Part shown: positions 15,443-20,676 of the stretch, piece by piece
How positions within the stretch are numbered: position 1 is the stretch's first letter
Layout of the letters: the number at the start of each line of letters is the position of its first letter
From: a virus
Direction: 5' to 3' (one strand)
UHGV virus genome: UHGV-0171440
DNA: 20,676 nt
Translations under genes and position numbers: made by a program
Notes under the pieces: model-generated
What the model was told of the DNA's origin: nothing
What the model saw: only the letters and a program-made list of their open reading frames with translations
Databases searched by the model: none

Positions 15443-17608
15443 TTATTGAGGTGTCTCGGCTACTCCGCCGGAGGGGATTTGAACTTGACGCATAAGATTC
15501 GCGAAATCCATGCGTTGTGAATGAGTCTGGTCTGCATCTTTAAGAAGCAGCTCAGCGTTAGCACGAGCATCTTTGCTGCGCTGTTGCTGGAATTGACCTA
15601 CGAGCTTGAGGTACTCACGCAGTTCTGCCTGCTTGCCGAGGTCCATATTGTTGAAGATTTCTGCAATCTTCGCGGCGTTGAGTTGGTTTTGGGCTTCAAC
15701 CTTGGCGGCTTCAACCTGAATCTGCGCCTGTTGGTTCTCTGCCTTGAGCAATTCAGCCTGACCTTGCAGAAGGATACCCTGCGCCTGAATTTGCTCTGCT
15801 GATGGCTGCTGCGGCTGCTGTTGAGCCTGCTGTACCATCTCCATCTCTTCAGGTGTTTCTGGTTTCTTCAGCCCCATCATCACCAGTTGCTTGTTCGCGT
15901 ACTCTCGCATCATCTCGACGCCTTTACCGTCAAGCAGCGTGAAGTATTGCAGCATCAGCATCTGGAACTCTGGAGTACCTTGCGGAACCTTGGTTAGCAA
16001 CTCCTGAATCTCTGCGCGATTCTGTTCCTTCATGCTCTGGAAGGATGGCCCAACGTCCGTATAGCACTCATAGCGACCGCGAATGTCGTTGAGTGTGACC
16101 ACATTGCCGGACTGATAATCGACAACTTGCGCATAGAGTTGAACGTCTTTCTCGCTTCCATCTTCAAGTGTCAGCGTTACATGACGAGGAACGTCATAAA
16201 TATCGTTGACCATTGAGGCATAAATCTCGCCATCACGTCGCATTGCGGTAGCAAGGTTATCCTGAAACACGTATGTCTCAAGATCTGCCCGCATGTTCAG
16301 TTGATTGACGGTATCGAAAGCGACCTGAGAGTTTGCCGCCTGCGCATCCACGCCAAGACTAGCCACCTCTTTCACTGCGTTGGTGGCAGCCTCAAGCATG
16401 TAAGCGTTGGCTTGCGGCACTTCAGGGTTTTCCATGTATGAGATTGGACCAATCGGCAGGTCGTTACCGTTTTCATCGGTCCTGTTCTGCAGATAGTACG
16501 GATAGTCATCATTTCCACCGTACATGTATTCGTAGCCTTCGATTTGCTCAGGGAAGAAGGTCGGTTTCTTCTTCGGTGAACGAGCAACAATATCGGCGTT
16601 GAATGACATGATCATGTTACGAAGGCGCTGACCGTCTTTCGTCAGCCTTACCACTCCTTCGTAGCACTCCTTGTCACCAGCGAATGACCATTCACCATAC
16701 ACCGGAACGATTGGAATATGCTCTCCGGCTATCTTCTCGCGGTCTTTCAGTATCTGCGTGCAGGTGATGATCGACTTATACACACGCCGACGCTTCACCT
16801 TGCGCTCTGCTACCTTAATGAATCCACGATTAGCCAGGTCGTCGATGACGTCTTTGATATCCTGCTGGTAATAGCTGACCGGCTCACCTGTCAGCGGATC
16901 GCGGTAGATGAAAACTTTCTCTTTCTTCTCTTCGACCTCGTAATACTCAGCGACGTAGACGACATCATTCGATACCCAAGGGAACAGCCATGTATCGTTC
17001 GGATTCTGGAAAGATGGCAAGGTGTCCGGATCAATACCGTAATCCTCTGCGAACTCTTTCCAGCCATTGCGTGACAAAGCGTTAATCACCGTGCAGTGCT
17101 TAGCGTCGCTCTTATCCATCTGCTTGCTATTGGCGTCCCATATGACGTGTGAGCAGGCTTCATGGATTGGCAGGCGTCGGATTACCTGATTGTTGCTTGT
17201 TGGATCGTTGTCTTCGTACTGCGTGACCAGACGCCATGCACCAACGCCGGACTCTATCTGCTCACGAACGCCAACGTTAACGGCAATTTTTGCCGTGTTA
17301 TGGCGCATATCAGTACGATACATCCCCATCAGCACATCGGCAGCATCAGGATTAGCGCCGTCTTTGGGTCGGAAGAGAACGTCGATAGGGTTCCGGCGCA
17401 TCTCTGCGACCAGTTTCCTGACCACCGGGCGAACAACATCGAATTGTCCGCGATATTGCAGGGTGGTGTAGTTTGATAGCCAGTCATCCCATTGCGACAC
17501 TCGGCTAAAATACAGGTCATTTGTCGCCTCGGTTCTGGCTTCATCGCTCGCCATCCAGTCTGCGTCAAACTTACACAGAATGGAATTGAGTCTGTTTTCG
17601 TCGGCCAT
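15443..17608 (-). CDS. 1: Portal protein, gp1-like, 721 aa
   Basis: Resembles P22 portal from N-terminus to the C-terminal coiled-coil barrel region. Confidence 0.95.
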   Translation of the reverse strand: MADENRLNSILCKFDADWMASDEARTEATNDLYFSRVSQWDDWLSNYTTLQYRGQFDVVRPVVRKLVAEMRRNPIDVLFRPKDGANPDAADVLMGMYRTDMRHNTAKIAVNVGVREQIESGVGAWRLVTQYEDNDPTSNNQVIRRLPIHEACSHVIWDANSKQMDKSDAKHCTVINALSRNGWKEFAEDYGIDPDTLPSFQNPNDTWLFPWVSNDVVYVAEYYEVEEKKEKVFIYRDPLTGEPVSYYQQDIKDVIDDLANRGFIKVAERKVKRRRVYKSIITCTQILKDREKIAGEHIPIVPVYGEWSFAGDKECYEGVVRLTKDGQRLRNMIMSFNADIVARSPKKKPTFFPEQIEGYEYMYGGNDDYPYYLQNRTDENGNDLPIGPISYMENPEVPQANAYMLEAATNAVKEVASLGVDAQAANSQVAFDTVNQLNMRADLETYVFQDNLATAMRRDGEIYASMVNDIYDVPRHVTLTLEDGSEKDVQLYAQVVDYQSGNVVTLNDIRGRYECYTDVGPSFQSMKEQNRAEIQELLTKVPQGTPEFQMLMLQYFTLLDGKGVEMMREYANKQLVMMGLKKPETPEEMEMVQQAQQQPQQPSAEQIQAQGILLQGQAELLKAENQQAQIQVEAAKVEAQNQLNAAKIAEIFNNMDLGKQAELREYLKLVGQFQQQRSKDARANAELLLKDADQTHSQRMDFANLMRQVQIPSGGVAETPQ

Positions 17609-19108
17609 TTAAGTTCTCCGTGCGATGGGCCTGATTGGGGCTGGTATCTTTTTCTCTTTTGGTTTTTTGATGTCGCGCATCATTTTGGCGAAGCGGCGCA
17701 TCATGTATGCATAGCGAACGGCTGAGAGAACGTCGTCGTTAAGCTTGACGATCTTCCCGTTTTCATCACGGTGATAGAGGCGAAACTCCTCAAAGAATGG
17801 CTCACAGGTGTTGAATACTTTGAAGCGACCATCAAGCATCATGTCGCGCAATTCAGTGATTCCAGGCTCAACAGCATTACCGCCATCAGGCCATGTCGCA
17901 TGCTCCTGCAACATCATAAATCCAGCGTCTGCATACTGCCCTTTGAGCTGCTCACCGCCGCCCTTCTCATGCTGGTTTCCGTCATGAGGCCATGCTGTTG
18001 GCACTTTATGCGCCCATGATTTAACAGCTCCCCACGCCTGAACTGCTGTCTTTTCTTTCGCCTTCCACACGCGTGAAACGTAGATTGTGTCTGCGTCCTT
18101 ATCCCACCAAAGCTGAACCTGCGCTTGTGGGTGATCCCATCCGAAATCCATCCCGCCAATTACATAGAAGTGATCAGGACACTCGAACGGCTGACACTTA
18201 ATCGTCTCTTCCGGTATCTGGAAGATTCGTCCGCTACCCATCGTAGGAATACCGCGAGCACGCGCCTCTCTCTCATGCTCAGGATAGGATGCGATGATTT
18301 GCTCTTTCTGCTCGTCGGTGTAGTGCTCTGCGTCATAGATGGTCATGTTGACCACTTTCTGAGACTTGCTGGGATTCTTCAGGAACTTGGTAACAACGTC
18401 AGACATCCCCATCAGCGGGGTAAACGTCAGAATTGAGAATTGCCCGTATTTGTTGGTACGGGTAAGGCCTTCGCCATAAATGCTGTATGGTGGCTCTTCG
18501 TCAAACCACACACCGTGGATTGTGTCACCCTGCCAGCGAGCGCGGCCTTGCGAGTATGGTTTGAAGTAGCAGATTGAAATGCCATCTTCAACGCCATCAG
18601 CCGTGTGATGCTTAACCAGAAGGTGATCAACAAGGTTCGGAAAGAAAGGAGACTTCTTCCAGCTAATGATGTCCTCTTTCGGTATGGAACCGTAGCCCGG
18701 CTCGTCATTCTCTTCAATACGACCGCACAGGATGCGTTGAGTCGTTTTGGTTACCGTCTCGTTTGTCTCGCCACCAATCCAGAAGACAACAGGCTCATAG
18801 AAACGCTTACCTTTCCACTCACCGCCATATTTACCATCAGCCGGATAGCCTTTTGTTCCCGGATAACGTCCGGTAAGGTGAAACGCGACTTCAGCAGCAC
18901 CAGTAAATGACTTACCAAGCTGGTTACCAGCCATAAAACATCGCTCTGGATAGTCATGTCCGGCGTCGATGAACTCACGCTGTTTGCTGTATGGCGTAAA
19001 TTCATATAGCAGGTGTGTGTTCCGGTAGTTCTCTTCTTCTTCGAGTAGCTCGAGCAATTCGATTTGCTCTTCGTCGCTCAGGTTATCAAGAATCGCGTCC
19101 AGTTCCAC
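17609..19108 (-). CDS. 2: Terminase large subunit, gp2-like, 499 aa
   Basis: Matches P22 gp2 N-terminus ([28 protein letters not shown]...) and length. Confidence 0.95.
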   Translation of the reverse strand: MELDAILDNLSDEEQIELLELLEEEENYRNTHLLYEFTPYSKQREFIDAGHDYPERCFMAGNQLGKSFTGAAEVAFHLTGRYPGTKGYPADGKYGGEWKGKRFYEPVVFWIGGETNETVTKTTQRILCGRIEENDEPGYGSIPKEDIISWKKSPFFPNLVDHLLVKHHTADGVEDGISICYFKPYSQGRARWQGDTIHGVWFDEEPPYSIYGEGLTRTNKYGQFSILTFTPLMGMSDVVTKFLKNPSKSQKVVNMTIYDAEHYTDEQKEQIIASYPEHEREARARGIPTMGSGRIFQIPEETIKCQPFECPDHFYVIGGMDFGWDHPQAQVQLWWDKDADTIYVSRVWKAKEKTAVQAWGAVKSWAHKVPTAWPHDGNQHEKGGGEQLKGQYADAGFMMLQEHATWPDGGNAVEPGITELRDMMLDGRFKVFNTCEPFFEEFRLYHRDENGKIVKLNDDVLSAVRYAYMMRRFAKMMRDIKKPKEKKIPAPIRPIARRT

Positions 19109-19580
19109 GGTTGAATAGCTCCTTGATACGAGAGCGTCGCTTATCGCGATCTCCCTTATCAGGTGTCACGTTTTCAACTTGCGACTGCTCTTTGAGGCCC
19201 AAATCACGGGCGATGATATTGGCGTTGAGAAGGTCTGCTGCTGCGCCTGAGAACTTCTGGTCATAGATAATCTCTTCTGCTCGTGATGTGACATCAGAAA
19301 AACCTTCCATTGTCCGGAAGGTTCCCCATGTCTGACGAGTGATATCAAGGAAAATACACAAGCCTGAAATAGTCATCGCTCGCATCTTGGGGACGTTTGC
19401 CTTAATTATTGCTCCCTGATATGAAAAGACCTTACCTTCCCATAACGGGTTATCATCAGCCCACTTGAAATATTCACAACAAGCGGCCCACAGCGCCTCG
19501 GGTGATTCGAATTTAGGGTTTCGCCCATGACTACTGCGGGCCTCCCAGAATCGGTTGCCCTTTGGTGCCGCCATAATCAC
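19086..19580 (-). CDS. 3: Terminase small subunit, gp3-like, 164 aa
   Basis: [36 protein letters not shown]... matches P22 gp3 as I recall it; 3' end overlaps the large-subunit start. Confidence 0.9.
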   Translation of the reverse strand: MIMAAPKGNRFWEARSSHGRNPKFESPEALWAACCEYFKWADDNPLWEGKVFSYQGAIIKANVPKMRAMTISGLCIFLDITRQTWGTFRTMEGFSDVTSRAEEIIYDQKFSGAAADLLNANIIARDLGLKEQSQVENVTPDKGDRDKRRSRIKELFNRGTGRDS

Positions 19581-19617
19581 ACCTCATAGTTAATGTTTCT
19601 GATGGCTCACCATCTGG

Positions 19618-19884
19618 TCAGTCATCATTTGTGTTTTGCTGTTGAAATAAAGCCAGTGCCTCTGTTGCAACCTGAATAGCCTTATCGGTTCGGGCGACCA
19701 CCCCCGTCTCTCCAGTAGCGAGGGTGTAACCATCGGTGAACAGTTCAAACCGAAGCTTGTCACCGCCAACAAACTGAATAGCCTTCTTTGCCGCAGCGGT
19801 ATCCCGGAGCACCATGCGGTACAACTCAAGACTGATTTCGTTGAACTCGGTAATAGGAATTATTTTTTTCATTTTGGGTTCCAT
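19618..19884 (-). CDS. Hypothetical protein (about 88 aa) between the lysis genes and the terminase genes
   Basis: Start set at the internal ATG (MEPKMKKIIPITEF...) preceded by GAGG; no transmembrane segment or recognisable motif. Confidence 0.5.
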   Translation of the reverse strand: MEPKMKKIIPITEFNEISLELYRMVLRDTAAAKKAIQFVGGDKLRFELFTDGYTLATGETGVVARTDKAIQVATEALALFQQQNTNDD

Positions 19885-19968
19885 TTGTTGCCTCAAACCA
19901 TTATCAAAGCCACTCAGGTAGAATGGCTTTTGTGATGGCAAGGTGGTAACGGATGCCTTTCCCCGTTA

Positions 19969-20223
19969 TTACAGTGGTGAATTAGACGGCAGCGGATTGC
20001 CAGAGCCGTACTGAAGCATGATCACCTCCTGTTTAATGTTGGTTTGGATCTGCGCACACTGACGAATGCCATCAATAAGCTGACAGACCTGAGAAAGGGT
20101 ATCGAAAATCTGACGCGCTTTTTCCAGACTGACACAGCCCACCAACAAAAAAGGCACCAGTATCGCTACCAGTGCCCATTTCGCCGCCCGTGGCGTTCGG
20201 TGTATCCAGTGTCTTCGTTTCAT
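19969..20223 (-). CDS. Lysis-associated small membrane or lipoprotein (84 aa), in the spanin position
   Basis: Immediately downstream of the endolysin; basic N-terminus, hydrophobic segment, possible lipobox LVGC, Pro-rich C-terminus; AGGTGG Shine-Dalgarno. Function inferred from position only. Confidence 0.5.
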   Translation of the reverse strand: MKRRHWIHRTPRAAKWALVAILVPFLLVGCVSLEKARQIFDTLSQVCQLIDGIRQCAQIQTNIKQEVIMLQYGSGNPLPSNSPL

Positions 20224-20238
20224 ATCACCACCTGCACA

Positions 20239-20616
20239 CTATCGCTTTAACTGAAAGTGAGGTCCGTCTTTCAGGGTTTTCCAGTCCCCGCCCCATTCAA
20301 TAGGGGTTCCCAGCTCTGCGGCAGCCTGCTGAAATGCCCGTGCGATTTTCTCGTACAAAGACCACTCCCATGACACCTGGTTGCCAACGTAGGCCACCAC
20401 ATCAACCGCTTCACCAGTCAGGTGCCGGCTGTTCATCGTCTGGCTTTTGCCTGCGGCGACCAGTTGTTTCTGACGGTATTTACTGCGAAGGCCTTCGGTG
20501 ATACCAAAATCAACTTCCGTCAGTTCCAGAGCGCGACGCACTACCGCCACCAGTTGCGGCTTAACGCCTTCCAGATTCTTTTCACTGCGACGACTAAATC
20601 TGAATTTTCCCGACAT
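20239..20616 (-). CDS. Endolysin, peptidase M15-type (L-alanyl-D-glutamate peptidase family), about 125 aa
   Basis: Start set at the internal ATG (MSGKFRFSRR...) preceded by GAGGT; sequence resembles small M15 phage endolysins from memory; sits in the lysis cassette upstream of the terminase genes. Confidence 0.7.
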   Translation of the reverse strand: MSGKFRFSRRSEKNLEGVKPQLVAVVRRALELTEVDFGITEGLRSKYRQKQLVAAGKSQTMNSRHLTGEAVDVVAYVGNQVSWEWSLYEKIARAFQQAAAELGTPIEWGGDWKTLKDGPHFQLKR

Positions 20617-20676
20617 ACTTACCTCAGTAATGAAAGGATTTTTGACACATTCCCGCGCGCCCATACCACCAGCACA

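Larger units (their letters stand above)
1..20676. mobile_element. Segment of a P22-like temperate phage/prophage: lysis, DNA packaging, head, tail, ejection proteins, immI-like accessory region, tailspike
   Basis: Gene order and the portal, terminase, scaffold, coat, gp4, gp10 and gp7 translations closely match P22 proteins as I remember them; late genes are collinear on the minus strand. Confidence 0.9.

Noticed and set aside
19590-19829. 79-aa minus-strand ORF overlapping the 88-aa ORF in another frame
   Set aside because: Alternative frame of the same locus with no Shine-Dalgarno; the 19618-19884 frame has a GAGG site and a cleaner start.
19969-20223. Embedded Rz1-like lipoprotein ORF inside the 84-aa lysis-associated gene
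   Set aside because: I translated the other two frames by hand: the only internal ATGs give short peptides with no signal peptide or lipobox.
1-20676. CRISPR arrays, tRNA/rRNA genes, integrase or transposase
   Set aside because: No regularly spaced repeats of 24-48 bp, no tRNA-like GGTTCGA T-loop signatures in a structured context, and no ORF resembling a recombinase or transposase; the window is the late and immI part of the phage.

Overview
This window is a contiguous segment of a P22-like (Lederbergvirus-type) temperate phage or prophage of an enterobacterial host, with nearly all genes on the minus strand. All calls rest on reading the supplied ORF translations and sequence by eye against remembered P22 proteins; no searches were run. 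Reading right to left: lysis genes (M15-type endolysin, small lipoprotein-like ORF, small ORF), terminase small and large subunits, portal, scaffold, coat, gp4, gp10, tail needle, gp14, the three ejection proteins gp7/gp20/gp16, an accessory immI-like region, and a tailspike with a P22-type head-binding N-terminus. The accessory region (about 1.6-5.9 kb) is the interesting part. It holds a low-GC plus-strand gene for a 298-315 aa tail-anchored membrane protein at the position P22 uses for sieA, a PEGA-like lipoprotein gene, and an mnt/arc/ant-like module with divergent overlapping promoters and two palindromic operators. It also holds a second antirepressor-like gene, and both antirepressor-like genes carry a plus-strand promoter-plus-terminator arrangement consistent with sar-like cis-antisense RNAs. 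No rRNA, tRNA, CRISPR array, integrase or transposase was found.
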